DNA of 64,000 nt from a virus, in the IMG/VR virus record IMGVR_UViG_3300037493_005727, positions 69,091 to 133,090 of that record. One strand, 5' to 3'. Every line of letters begins with the position of its first letter. Positions within the stretch are counted from its first letter, which is position 1. This document shows positions 25,397-33,938 of the stretch, piece after piece. The notes under the pieces were generated by a model. That model saw only the letters and a program-made list of their open reading frames with translations, was not told the origin of the DNA and searched no databases. The translations under genes and the position numbers were made by a program.

Positions 25397-27028
25397 TTAC
25401 TCCTCCTTCATTTTGAACATCTCGATCAGTCGGTTGGGTGCGATGTTGTCCATCCCGTCACACGGCGAACAGTTGGGCATGAGCAGCCAGATGATGGGGC
25501 ACTGCGGTTGGTACTTCGGGAAGCATTCGCCCATCAGGCCGACGCCTCCGTCCGTACAGATGACCATCAGGTCGGGAGCAGGGTGCTTCTCCTGCAACCG
25601 AGGGGCTCCTTCGACCCAGTCTTCAGGTTCGTCGCAACCAGCGACTCGCTTGAAGAATGGCGTGTACACCGTACCCCCATGACCTCGGCGGTTCTGGAGC
25701 TCCTTGATGTACGCTTCATCAGGAGGCTCGACGTTGGTGACCTTCACTTCCTTCTGAAGGGCCGCGTCGCACTCGACGTAGGTCACGAAGACCGACTTGT
25801 TCTGAGCGAGCAGTGAGTTGATACAGGCGCAGGCACGGGCGTACTCGTCGTCTCCCATCGAGCCAGACGTGTCCGTCATCCAGGTGATGTTGTACCCGAA
25901 CTCCAGCATCTGCCCCGGCCACGGCTCCAGGTAGTCCTCGTTGATGAGCGACAGGTTCGGTGACCCCATCTCCTCATGCACTCGGGCGGTGATCGCTCCT
26001 TGGATGATGTCGCGGAGGAACGTGTCCCATGGAATCTGCTCAGGCTCGAGCAGCGCGTCGATGATCCTCTGGATGTTTCCCGCCATGTAGCCACGGTCGC
26101 GGTGCACGCGCTCGTTCGCCGCTCTCGCCAGTGATTGAGCGTGCTTCTTCATCTTCGTACCCGCGGAGATGGCTTCTTCCGGCGTCATCTCTTCGGCCTT
26201 CTCGTTCCACTGCTTGTGCGCCTTGCCGGACATCTTGTCGAAGGCCTTTTGCAGCTTCTCGAACGTCTCCGGATTGTTGATGGCCTGGTTGATCAGCGAG
26301 TCCGGGAGGCCAGGAATCTTGTTGGGTACCCCGCCTCCCTTCCCCTTTCCGAAGGGGCTCTCCATGACATCCCCGCTCCCCTCACCCTCGCCTCCTTCGC
26401 CTTCGTCGCCTTCCTCGCCTTCTCCGTCACCATCGACGAATTCGACGTCGCCGCGGTCAAGGGCGTCATTGAGATCCTTCAACATCTGCTCAACCTTGTT
26501 CTTGAACCCCTGGAGATCGTCGAGCATCAGCGTGAAGTACTCTTCCATCGAGAGCCCTGTGGGCATCCCGAACTCTTCAGGGAGCAGGAACGTCCATTCA
26601 CCGACCCCAACGCCTCGAGGGCGATGGACCTCTTTGAACTTTGGCTCCAAGCGAACAATGGCGTCGTTGGCCGCGAAGTCCGCCGCGAAGTTGAAGGTGG
26701 TCAGCACCGCCCTTCGGACGAACGGATCTGTACACGCCGCGAGCATCTTGAAGAGTCGCGGGATGTGATTCAGCGCGATGTGCGCTGCTTCGTGAACCAG
26801 GACGAGCAGCCTCATGTGAGGCGAGCACTGTTCAAAGAACGGCATGTGGCATGTGAGGACGTAGCGCCAGTTCTGCGTAAGGTGCACGGACATCGTGCCC
26901 TCGCTGTTGGTGTAGTTCTTCTGGCACCCGTTGATGAGCATGGCCCAGTAGTTGGCCGAACCGCGCCGCGATACCCAGTAAACCAGCGACTTCGCTAGTT
27001 CGTTTTCTTCAGGATTGGTGGTAGTCAT
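25397..27028 (-). CDS. VWA-domain protein with N-terminal HExxH metallopeptidase-like domain (DUF2201-type MoxR partner)
   Basis: LVHEAAHIALNH (HExxH); a poly-acidic linker GDGEGEEGDEGEGGEGEGSGD; a VWA/MIDAS-like WMTDTSGSMGDD...VICTDGG. The architecture is the one known to pair with MoxR AAA+ ATPases. Confidence 0.7.
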   Translation of the reverse strand: MTTTNPEENELAKSLVYWVSRRGSANYWAMLINGCQKNYTNSEGTMSVHLTQNWRYVLTCHMPFFEQCSPHMRLLVLVHEAAHIALNHIPRLFKMLAACTDPFVRRAVLTTFNFAADFAANDAIVRLEPKFKEVHRPRGVGVGEWTFLLPEEFGMPTGLSMEEYFTLMLDDLQGFKNKVEQMLKDLNDALDRGDVEFVDGDGEGEEGDEGEGGEGEGSGDVMESPFGKGKGGGVPNKIPGLPDSLINQAINNPETFEKLQKAFDKMSGKAHKQWNEKAEEMTPEEAISAGTKMKKHAQSLARAANERVHRDRGYMAGNIQRIIDALLEPEQIPWDTFLRDIIQGAITARVHEEMGSPNLSLINEDYLEPWPGQMLEFGYNITWMTDTSGSMGDDEYARACACINSLLAQNKSVFVTYVECDAALQKEVKVTNVEPPDEAYIKELQNRRGHGGTVYTPFFKRVAGCDEPEDWVEGAPRLQEKHPAPDLMVICTDGGVGLMGECFPKYQPQCPIIWLLMPNCSPCDGMDNIAPNRLIEMFKMKEE

Positions 27029-27035
27029 CAGGTCT

Positions 27036-27044
27036 CCTATACTT
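27036..27044 (+). promoter_or_regulatory. CTATACT box upstream of gene 27076
   Basis: tCCTATACTTcag, 31 nt before the ATG. That gene also has a GAGGTGG ribosome-binding site. Confidence 0.4.
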
Positions 27045-27075
27045 CAGTGGTTCAATCCTCTTTCGAGGTGGCACA

Positions 27076-28065
27076 ATGCCGATTGTCGATCAGTTCTCAG
27101 ACCCTGCCTTCGGTACGCTGTACCGCCAAGTCGCCCGCATGCCCGCTCTCGAGGCGTTCGTGAAGGAGGCCGCGGTCGTCGCCGATGAGGTTGGCGCTCT
27201 CCCCGACACCGCCTTCGCTTGGCCCGCTGAGCGCAAGTTCCCGATCCACACCCCTGAGCACGCAGCGCTGTCCTTCGCGTACTCCAAGGTTGCTTCCGTG
27301 CTCCCCACAGAAGTCCGCAGCAACATCGTGCAGGCTCTCGAGGTCTACGGCGTACCCGAGGACACCTTCGCAGAGCAGGAGATGAAGGTCGCCTCCGACG
27401 AGAACGACTACCTCGTTCCTGAGCACAGGCTCTTCCCGGTGAAGACCGCTGAGCAGTGCAAGCTGGCGCAAGACAACTTGGTGAGGAGCTTGTCGAAGCT
27501 CGACCTCGAGCACCGCGCCATCGCCTGCGGGAACCTCGTCAAGAAGGCCGACGCCCTTGGCGTTGAGCTCCGCCCCGAGGTGCTCCAGCTCGCGGGCTTG
27601 GTCGTGAGCAGCACCAAGACGGCGGCGCAGTGGCTCGACGCTCGGGCTTCTCAGCTCCCTGAGGGGGACACGTACAAGACGGCGTACGAGACCCTCGCGA
27701 ACCACATCCGGAAGGGTCCTGAGGAACTCTCTGAGCGCGCAGGTCTTCTCAAGGTCGCCGCAGCGATCGGTGAGCTCGATGAGAAGTCGGGCCTCGACAA
27801 GCACTACGACCGCCGCCTGCCTGACGCACTGCGTACCGTGTTCAACACGGAGAAGCTGGCCTCCAAGTCGGTGGATCTGGGTGGTACGTACATCACTGTC
27901 GCCAAGCTGGCTCAGCTCCCTGCGTCCTTCTGGGAGGACCTGGGCGGCAAGGAGCTCGGTGACGAGATCGCCCCCGGCGGCGTCGTGGATCAATCGAAGC
28001 TGGCTACCGTGGTGGACACGCTTCCGCTGGATCTCAAGATGCAGCTGAAGGCGCACTGTCGCTAA
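27076..28065 (+). CDS. hypothetical protein
   Basis: 329 aa with a GAGGTGG RBS. The opposite-strand 381-aa ORF (27097..28242-) is Arg/Leu-rich and rejected. Confidence 0.6.
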   Translation: MPIVDQFSDPAFGTLYRQVARMPALEAFVKEAAVVADEVGALPDTAFAWPAERKFPIHTPEHAALSFAYSKVASVLPTEVRSNIVQALEVYGVPEDTFAEQEMKVASDENDYLVPEHRLFPVKTAEQCKLAQDNLVRSLSKLDLEHRAIACGNLVKKADALGVELRPEVLQLAGLVVSSTKTAAQWLDARASQLPEGDTYKTAYETLANHIRKGPEELSERAGLLKVAAAIGELDEKSGLDKHYDRRLPDALRTVFNTEKLASKSVDLGGTYITVAKLAQLPASFWEDLGGKELGDEIAPGGVVDQSKLATVVDTLPLDLKMQLKAHCR

Positions 28066-28083
28066 CTTATTGGAGAATAAGTA

Positions 28084-28320
28084 ATGAACTTCTACCAACT
28101 TGGCGTCACAGACGCCCTCGCGAAATTCGCAGCCAGTCTTCCTCCGCGTCCCCCGCAAAAAGGCGCGCGTCCCTTCGGCGGTGCGTCGTCTGAGTCGCCG
28201 GGCGTGTCCGCGGTAGCGAAGCTGCCTACGGAGACGTCTCACTCCTCTGAGGCGCGTATCCCGGATCTAGGCCTCGACCTGCGGACGCCTTCTCGAGCGG
28301 CCAAGAAAACAACTGCGTGA
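28084..28320 (+). CDS. small hypothetical protein
   Basis: 78-aa ORF preceded by GGAGAATAAGTA. Confidence 0.4.
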   Translation: MNFYQLGVTDALAKFAASLPPRPPQKGARPFGGASSESPGVSAVAKLPTETSHSSEARIPDLGLDLRTPSRAAKKTTA

Positions 28321-29042
28321 ATCTCTCCGAGCTTCAGCGAACTCTGGCGAAAGAGGCCTACGCGGCTTTCTTCCGCACGCCCACGAACGCCCAGAAGGCG
28401 CATGCCAGGACGGTGATGCAGGACTGCGAAGCAGCAGCTACGGCGGTGTTCATCGCTGCCAGGCATCTCCTGGGCCCTACGTTCATTTCTTACGAGCCTG
28501 AGACGCTGTGGTTGGAGCTGGACCCCTGTCACTCGAACAGGGACAAGCTATCCGCAGCCATCGCTCTGGCGATGACCCCGAGCTTCTACTGGGACTACCG
28601 GGTCTTCGGGGCCACAGTGCACGCTCTGAATGACGAGATGGTTTCCCCTGAGGCGGTGCCGCACTGTTCACCCGCCGCGATGGCCTGGGCGACTTTCGAG
28701 GCTGAGCTCTTGTTCGCGCTGTCGGACGGGGAGTCAACGAGGCCCGAGTTCGACGAAACCATTGAGGCGTACGTCGCGGTCTGCTTGTTCGATGAGGGTC
28801 TGACCCTGCCTCCAACAGGCCTCAGCTTCGCGGCTGAAGAGCTTGGGCGGAAGGTCAGCGCGGACGCCTTGAACCTGAAAAAAGAGACCGCCGCAGCCTG
28901 GGCCGCGCTCCCCAAGGAGAAGCTCGAACAAAAGAAGTTCGAGAACTCCCCCCTGGGGGCGCAGCTGGAGAAGCTGGCTACTTCTTGGGTGTACGTCCAA
29001 GAGCGAACGAAGCTGCTGAGAAGCCACTTAGAGAAGCTCTAG
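28317..29042 (+). CDS. hypothetical protein
   Basis: 241 aa, ATGA-chained to the preceding ORF. Confidence 0.5.
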   Translation: MNLSELQRTLAKEAYAAFFRTPTNAQKAHARTVMQDCEAAATAVFIAARHLLGPTFISYEPETLWLELDPCHSNRDKLSAAIALAMTPSFYWDYRVFGATVHALNDEMVSPEAVPHCSPAAMAWATFEAELLFALSDGESTRPEFDETIEAYVAVCLFDEGLTLPPTGLSFAAEELGRKVSADALNLKKETAAAWAALPKEKLEQKKFENSPLGAQLEKLATSWVYVQERTKLLRSHLEKL

Positions 29043-29274
29043 GCTTCTTTGGTTTCTTCGGCTTCAGCTCCTCGGGGTCCTCGACGTAGTAGTTCTTTTC
29101 CCCGTTGGGGCATTCTTCGCGCATGACGACCAAGCAGCGATCAATACTCGCTTGACCGTCGCCGTAGGACTTCACTTCGTTTTGACAGCGCGTACAGGTC
29201 GCACAGACACTCGGGATACTCTGTCCGTGATCTCCCCGCCGGGAAATGTAGTCGATCTCACAGAGGACTTTCAT
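28978..29274 (-). CDS. hypothetical zinc-finger protein
   Basis: CATCTRC...C...CPNGEK. ATGA overlap with the MoxR gene stop at 29271-29274. Confidence 0.4.
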   Translation of the reverse strand: MKVLCEIDYISRRGDHGQSIPSVCATCTRCQNEVKSYGDGQASIDRCLVVMREECPNGEKNYYVEDPEELKPKKPKKPRASLSGFSAASFALGRTPKK

Positions 29275-30551
29275 GCCGTTTCCATCGGGTCTTTGCTCTT
29301 ACCCCGCCCGTGAATCTTCTTCTCTTGTTCGTCGTGAATCCGGTTGATGCGGTCGTTGATCTCCTTCCACAACGGGTACTGGCGATTCGCGACCGTGAGG
29401 TCCTGCATGTACTTCAGGTTCTTCGGTTCCCCGATTCCCCCATGAGCTTGACAGGCTGCGTCGAGCATGGCGTAGAACGGCTGCGCCTGCTCCACCGGCA
29501 TGTCATGCCAGAACTGAACGAGCTGCGGCGCGATGGTCTGGGGCTCAGGCCGTTCACGGAAGATGAACTGCGCGACCTCGTTGACCAGGCTGGTGTAGTC
29601 CCCGCCCGCCTCCTTCTGGAGGTCCAGAACACGAGAGCGGAGCTTGCTCTTCGGCTTGTAGTCGTAGAGCACCGCCTCCGGGGAGATGATGATCTCGTTG
29701 TTCTTGATGAAGGCGCAGAGCGTCTGCGCATTCACGGTGTTGATTGAGGCAGCCAGGCGGAGCTCAGCTTTCTCGCTGTGCAGGTCCACCTTCGCCGCCT
29801 CGAGGTTGTAGAGGGACAGCGAGACCGTCTGCCACGTGGCCGGGCAGGCGAACTGCTTGTTTCCGTCTCGGTCCTTGGCGGTGTACAACATCGCCGGTGT
29901 GGCAGTGAGCAGGCGCACCACCATGGGGTGGCAGGGGCGCCCGCCCTCGAAGTCCGTGTAGTGGAACTCCGGCGTGAGCGCGTGCTTCTTCCAGTCGCTG
30001 AACGTGTTGTACACGTACGCCTTCATCAGGCGGCGATTGAACGCCGAGTTGGTCTCGATCTTCGTGACGTTGTACCCCGCCGTTGAGGGATTCATCAGCG
30101 CGACAATGACGCAGTCGTCTGGTAGGGTGTAGTCGTAGATTCCCCGGTCCTCGAGGAACTTGAAGAACAGAGCGATTGCGTGCTGCTGCCCCTGGTTGAT
30201 TTCATCGAAGATGAGGATGCACTTCTCCCCCTGCTTGGGGTAGTCGTTCGGGATAGCGATCTTGAAGTGTCCCGTTTCATCTGCCCTCTGCGGAACACCG
30301 GCTCCGATCATGGAGAACTGCGACGTGCGAATGTCTACGACCCGCCTTCCGTGCTTCCGAGCGAGCTGGTGAATGCCCTGCGACTTCCCTTCTCCGGCTT
30401 CCGAGATGAGGCACCAAACCCCGCGGGTCTGCTCCATCTCGATGCTGAGGTCGATCTGCCACAGCGCTTCTGTCAGGGTCATGCGCGGGATTCCATAGCG
30501 ATCCCAGTACGCTTCTCCGTGAACGACTTTGTCCTGTGCTGCGTTGCTCAT
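29271..30551 (-). CDS. MoxR-like AAA+ ATPase
   Basis: ISEAGEGKSQGI (Walker A-like GxxGxGKS), ILIFDEINQGQQH (Walker B DE plus sensor), ALMNPSTAGYN...AFNRRL (MoxR/CbbQ-type arginine finger region). Confidence 0.8.
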   Translation of the reverse strand: MSNAAQDKVVHGEAYWDRYGIPRMTLTEALWQIDLSIEMEQTRGVWCLISEAGEGKSQGIHQLARKHGRRVVDIRTSQFSMIGAGVPQRADETGHFKIAIPNDYPKQGEKCILIFDEINQGQQHAIALFFKFLEDRGIYDYTLPDDCVIVALMNPSTAGYNVTKIETNSAFNRRLMKAYVYNTFSDWKKHALTPEFHYTDFEGGRPCHPMVVRLLTATPAMLYTAKDRDGNKQFACPATWQTVSLSLYNLEAAKVDLHSEKAELRLAASINTVNAQTLCAFIKNNEIIISPEAVLYDYKPKSKLRSRVLDLQKEAGGDYTSLVNEVAQFIFRERPEPQTIAPQLVQFWHDMPVEQAQPFYAMLDAACQAHGGIGEPKNLKYMQDLTVANRQYPLWKEINDRINRIHDEQEKKIHGRGKSKDPMETA

Positions 30552-30574
30552 GTCTGCCTCTTTGGTGGTGGTGT

Positions 30575-32191
30575 ATGACTCAAATGAACATCGGCACGAA
30601 GCGGTTGTCGGAAGTCGCAGAGGGTCTGCTCTGGCTGGACGGCGCCCCGTTCAGCTTGGATGACTACCCGATGTACCGGAACATCTACGACGGACGCTAC
30701 AAAGCGACTCTCCTGATGTGTGGCCGACAGGTGGCCAAGTCGACATCCCTGGCGAACTTCATCATCTCGGAGTCTGTCGCTCTTCCGTTCTTCCGGTCCT
30801 ACTACGTCTCTCCTTCAAAAGAGCAGACGCTGATCTTCTCTAACACACGTGTGGGTAAGACGCTTTCGTACTCCCCCATTGTGAAGAAGTTCTTCCAGTC
30901 CCCGGAGCACGCAGACCGCGTGCTTCACCGCTCGTACACCAACGGATCCGAGAACGCGTTCACCTACGCCTGTGATGACGCCGACCGCGCTCGAGGCTTC
31001 TCAGCTGATCGAGTCAGCTACGACGAGTTCCAGGACATGCTGTACGACTCAGTGGTTCCCGTCATCAACGCCTGCATGAAGAACTCGAACTACCGCTTCG
31101 AGACCTACGCAGGAACGCCGAAGACGATGGAAGCCAGCATCCAGTACCTCTGGGACAAGTCGTCTCAGAGCGAGTGGGTGATGAAGTGCGACGGCTGCTC
31201 GAAGTACAACTTCGTCGTCGACGAGAAGTCCCTAGGACTGCACGGGCCCATCTGCCTCAACTGCGGTAAGGTGCTCAACCCCCGTATCGGGCAGTGGGTC
31301 GACATGAAGAAGGTCGATTCCAAAACCGGGAGACACTCGGTGAAGGGGTTTCACATCCCCCAGCTGATCATGCCTCTGAACATCCCGTCTTGCGTGAACA
31401 ACACGCCGGAAAAGCCGGATGCCAAAAAAGACGCTCAAGAGCGTTGGGACGACATCCTTCGAGACCACGACATGTTCTCGTCGGCGAAGTTTCGCAACGA
31501 GGTGTTGGGAGTCTCTGACGCCATCGGTCGTCGTCTCATCTCTCTCGAGGAGCTTGAGGCTCTTTGTACGGGCCCTAAGATTTCAGCGTACCCCGACAAG
31601 AATCTCGAGGGATGCACCGTCACCTTCGCCGGGGTGGACTGGTCTGGCGGCGGGACCACTGGAGTAAGCCGCACCGTGCTTTGGATCTGGGGCTGGCACC
31701 CCGGCAGTCAGAAGCTACGGACGCTGTACTACCGCATCTACCCTGGCAACAACGCCGTCACGGACGTCGAGGACATCGCCAAGATTTGTCAGCAGTACTC
31801 AGTCGCTCTGGTTGTCGGAGACGCTGGAGAAGGCGCTCTGCCTAACGCCACCCTTCGCGCTCGCCTTGGTGCCCACCGAGTGACGATGGTGCAGTACGGC
31901 GCGCTGGGCCAGCCCATCAAGTGGAACGGTCTCGACCGATACTTGGCTGACCGAACCACGCTGATCGACAACTACCTCATGTTCCTGAAGAGAGGCGCGG
32001 TGGTCTACCCGCCACAGGAAGAGGCGCGGGAAGCCATCAAGGACATCCTCAACGTCTACGAAGAGGTGACCACCGCGGGCAAGAAGGTGTGGAGGCACAG
32101 CCCACAACTCCCAGATGATTGTCTCCACGCCCAGCTCTTTGGGTGGTTCGCCTCGAAGATTCACATGAACGACCTTAAGTTCTACGCTTAA
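30575..32191 (+). CDS. terminase large subunit
   Basis: LLMCGRQVAKSTSLANF (Walker A) and the T7 gp19-like ATPase/nuclease layout (...FQDMLYD..., DAGEG). The track ORF begins at 30536, but that would overlap the divergent MoxR start (30551). The Met at 30575, after GGTGGTGG, is preferred; the Met at 30584 is also possible. Confidence 0.75.
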   Translation: MTQMNIGTKRLSEVAEGLLWLDGAPFSLDDYPMYRNIYDGRYKATLLMCGRQVAKSTSLANFIISESVALPFFRSYYVSPSKEQTLIFSNTRVGKTLSYSPIVKKFFQSPEHADRVLHRSYTNGSENAFTYACDDADRARGFSADRVSYDEFQDMLYDSVVPVINACMKNSNYRFETYAGTPKTMEASIQYLWDKSSQSEWVMKCDGCSKYNFVVDEKSLGLHGPICLNCGKVLNPRIGQWVDMKKVDSKTGRHSVKGFHIPQLIMPLNIPSCVNNTPEKPDAKKDAQERWDDILRDHDMFSSAKFRNEVLGVSDAIGRRLISLEELEALCTGPKISAYPDKNLEGCTVTFAGVDWSGGGTTGVSRTVLWIWGWHPGSQKLRTLYYRIYPGNNAVTDVEDIAKICQQYSVALVVGDAGEGALPNATLRARLGAHRVTMVQYGALGQPIKWNGLDRYLADRTTLIDNYLMFLKRGAVVYPPQEEAREAIKDILNVYEEVTTAGKKVWRHSPQLPDDCLHAQLFGWFASKIHMNDLKFYA

Positions 32192-32378
32192 CAGCCAAGG
32201 CGTAGACATCTTCGATCAACTTGGCAAAGTCTTCGTAAGGCACGTAGCCTTCAACAGTTCCATGCCCTCGACAGGCGGGGCAGGCAACCATTTCTCCGTA
32301 TTCCCGCTGCCCTCCGGGGATCTTCTTTTCCCCGTGGCAGTACTCACATCCCAGACGAACAACGAACGACTTGATCAC
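32175..32378 (-). CDS. small DnaJ-type zinc-finger protein
   Basis: CEYCHGEKK...CPACRGHGTV (CxxCxGxG repeats). Probable GTG start after TAGGAGTCACC. Confidence 0.45.
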   Translation of the reverse strand: MIKSFVVRLGCEYCHGEKKIPGGQREYGEMVACPACRGHGTVEGYVPYEDFAKLIEDVYALAVKRRT

Positions 32379-32698
32379 GGTGACTCCTAAGCGCGCACGG
32401 TTCGGATCACCCGATCCGAAACCTGCGGCACGTGGTGACTCCTACGATTGTAATTCCCACACCCCCGGGAATTACATCACGGTACAGCTTTAGAGATCAT
32501 GACCGCACTACGCGGTCGGTGCTTTACAGCACTCTGAACGAATCACCAGAGCCAACAGAACTCTTCTTTGTTTTATCATCTGCAGCAGCTCGAGGCGGCC
32601 GCGGCGGACATCTTCGAGGAGGACCTCGTCGAAGCACGGCCGTATGAAAACATCCTGGGTGTAGCGAGAGCTAGGCTCTGCGTATCACCCACGGCCAA

Positions 32699-32742
32699 AA
32701 TGTCTCCACTACGGAGACGCCGGGTAGGTACCGGAGCAAGAG
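32699..32742. repeat. 42-bp hairpin-containing direct repeat, copy 1
   Basis: AATGTCTCCaCTACGGAGACGCCGGGTAGGTACCGGAGCAAGA contains a GTCTCC(g)...CGGAGAC stem-loop and a CCGG-GTAGGTA-CCGG element. An AGCTAGGCT box sits ~30 nt upstream. Confidence 0.6.
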
Positions 32743-32899
32743 TTCACGACGTTTCCCTTCTTTCCTCTTTGTTCTATCGGTCCGAGCTGGGACCTGGTCG
32801 AGGGGTCTTCTTGTTCGAGGAGCTCGAAGGAGCTCCCCAGTCAAGGATGACCCTCGTCGTCGGCAAAGCAGCTGGGCTGCGCGCCGACCGTAAGTGTTC

Positions 32900-32941
32900 A
32901 TGTCTCCGCTACGGAGACGCCGGATAGGTACCGGGGCAGGA
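32900..32941. repeat. 42-bp hairpin-containing direct repeat, copy 2
   Basis: ATGTCTCCGCTACGGAGACGCCGGaTAGGTACCGGgGCAgGA. An AGCTGGGCT box sits upstream. Confidence 0.6.
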
Positions 32942-33090
32942 AAGGTAAGGCAGATCTTCTGAGTTCCAACATGTCTGAAGAGCTCGGCGATGGCGCTGCA
33001 TAACGAAAGCCTCCAACGCGGCTAACAGCTCGTCCCTCGAGGACGTCCAGGTGTCGAAGTAGCTAGGCTACAAGACACCACCGGGAGGGA

Positions 33091-33134
33091 AATGTCTCCG
33101 CTACGGAGACGCCGGGTAGGTACCGGAGCAAGAT
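33091..33134. repeat. 42-bp hairpin-containing direct repeat, copy 3
   Basis: AATGTCTCCGCTACGGAGACGCCGGGTAGGTACCGGAGCAAGA. AGCTAGGCT upstream. Ends 12 bp before the exonuclease gene stop. Confidence 0.6.
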
Positions 33135-33145
33135 CTTTTATCGAA

Positions 33146-33709
33146 TCACTTCGCCGCCGTGGCCCACTTCTCCATCAGCTTCAGGTAGACCTGTCGGCAA
33201 GCTTCGGCGTCCGCGAGCGCCCTGTGCTGCGGCTTCGCGTCGACTCCGAGGAACGAACACAGCTTCTCAAGGCTCAGCCCAGGCAACCCCGTGTAGCAGA
33301 ACAGAGGCCAGGCCAGCGCCACCGTATCCACCTTGTGGTAGCCCCATGGCGGCTTCATTCCAAGTCGCACGAACAGGGGCGAAAGAAAGCCCTCGTCAAA
33401 CGACACGTTCTGCCCGACCAGCACCGTGTTGCCCGCCATCTGCTGGAGAGCATCCACGACGATCTCCGGCTTCACGCACTTCTCGTCCGTCCACTCCTCG
33501 GGCTTGTAGTTGTTGACCTGCAGAGCTTTGGGCTCGGCAGTCTCGAGGTGGAGTGGCTTCAGCTTCGCTTCGAACGTCTTGATGATGGTCTTCCCATCAG
33601 GGCTTGTGCGGATCGCTGCCACTTCCAGCAGTTCGTGCTTCGTGGGGTCCAGCCCCGTCGTTTCCGTGTCCACGAACAGCAGGTCCTGCGGCTTGTTTGT
33701 CGGGAGCAT
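33146..33709 (-). CDS. DnaQ-like 3'-5' exonuclease (DEDDh family)
   Basis: LLFVDTETTGL (Exo I), VLVGQNVSFDEGFL (Exo II), HRALADAEAC (Exo III, H-x4-D). Confidence 0.8.
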   Translation of the reverse strand: MLPTNKPQDLLFVDTETTGLDPTKHELLEVAAIRTSPDGKTIIKTFEAKLKPLHLETAEPKALQVNNYKPEEWTDEKCVKPEIVVDALQQMAGNTVLVGQNVSFDEGFLSPLFVRLGMKPPWGYHKVDTVALAWPLFCYTGLPGLSLEKLCSFLGVDAKPQHRALADAEACRQVYLKLMEKWATAAK

Positions 33710-33938
33710 TCTTGGCCTGGTACATCGAGACTATGTGCTTTCGCTGCACACAGGTTTTGGGTGAAATGATCAGTGACTTGCGGTCGTGCTTGATGAGTCT
33801 CCCCGTCAAGCAGCCACCTGTCACGGTGAACACCTTTACGAGGGTGTCTTTCCACTCATCGAGGATGTCATCCTGGATCGGCTTATACTTCGGCAAGCGC
33901 GGTTCGGACTTCTTCCTCCGTGTAGGCTTCGGCGGCAT
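33597..33938 (-). CDS. questionable small ORF overlapping the pol/exonuclease junction
   Basis: 113-aa ORF. Its N-terminal half (KVFTVTGGCLTGRLIKHDRKSLIISPKTCVQ) looks protein-like, but it overlaps the exonuclease gene by >100 nt and its tail is G/A/P-rich. It may be an overprinted gene, a frameshifted C-terminus, or an artefact. Confidence 0.2.
   Translation of the reverse strand: MPPKPTRRKKSEPRLPKYKPIQDDILDEWKDTLVKVFTVTGGCLTGRLIKHDRKSLIISPKTCVQRKHIVSMYQAKNAPDKQAAGPAVRGHGNDGAGPHEARTAGSGSDPHKP

Noticed and set aside
27097-28242. 381-aa minus-strand ORF
   Set aside because: Arg/Leu/Gly-rich shadow ORF opposite a well-formed plus-strand gene with a GAGGTGG RBS.
30536-30574. First 13 codons of the track terminase ORF (MLRCSCLPLWWWC)
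   Set aside because: They would overlap the divergent MoxR gene start and look non-protein-like. A downstream Met after GGTGGTGG is preferred.
32568-32927. 119-aa plus-strand ORF, and the 225-aa ORF at 33092..33769, both starting MSPLRRRRVGTGAR
   Set aside because: The shared N-terminus is just the translation of the 42-bp DNA repeat. Downstream sequence is low-complexity, and the second ORF is antisense to the exonuclease gene. Treated as a non-coding repeat.
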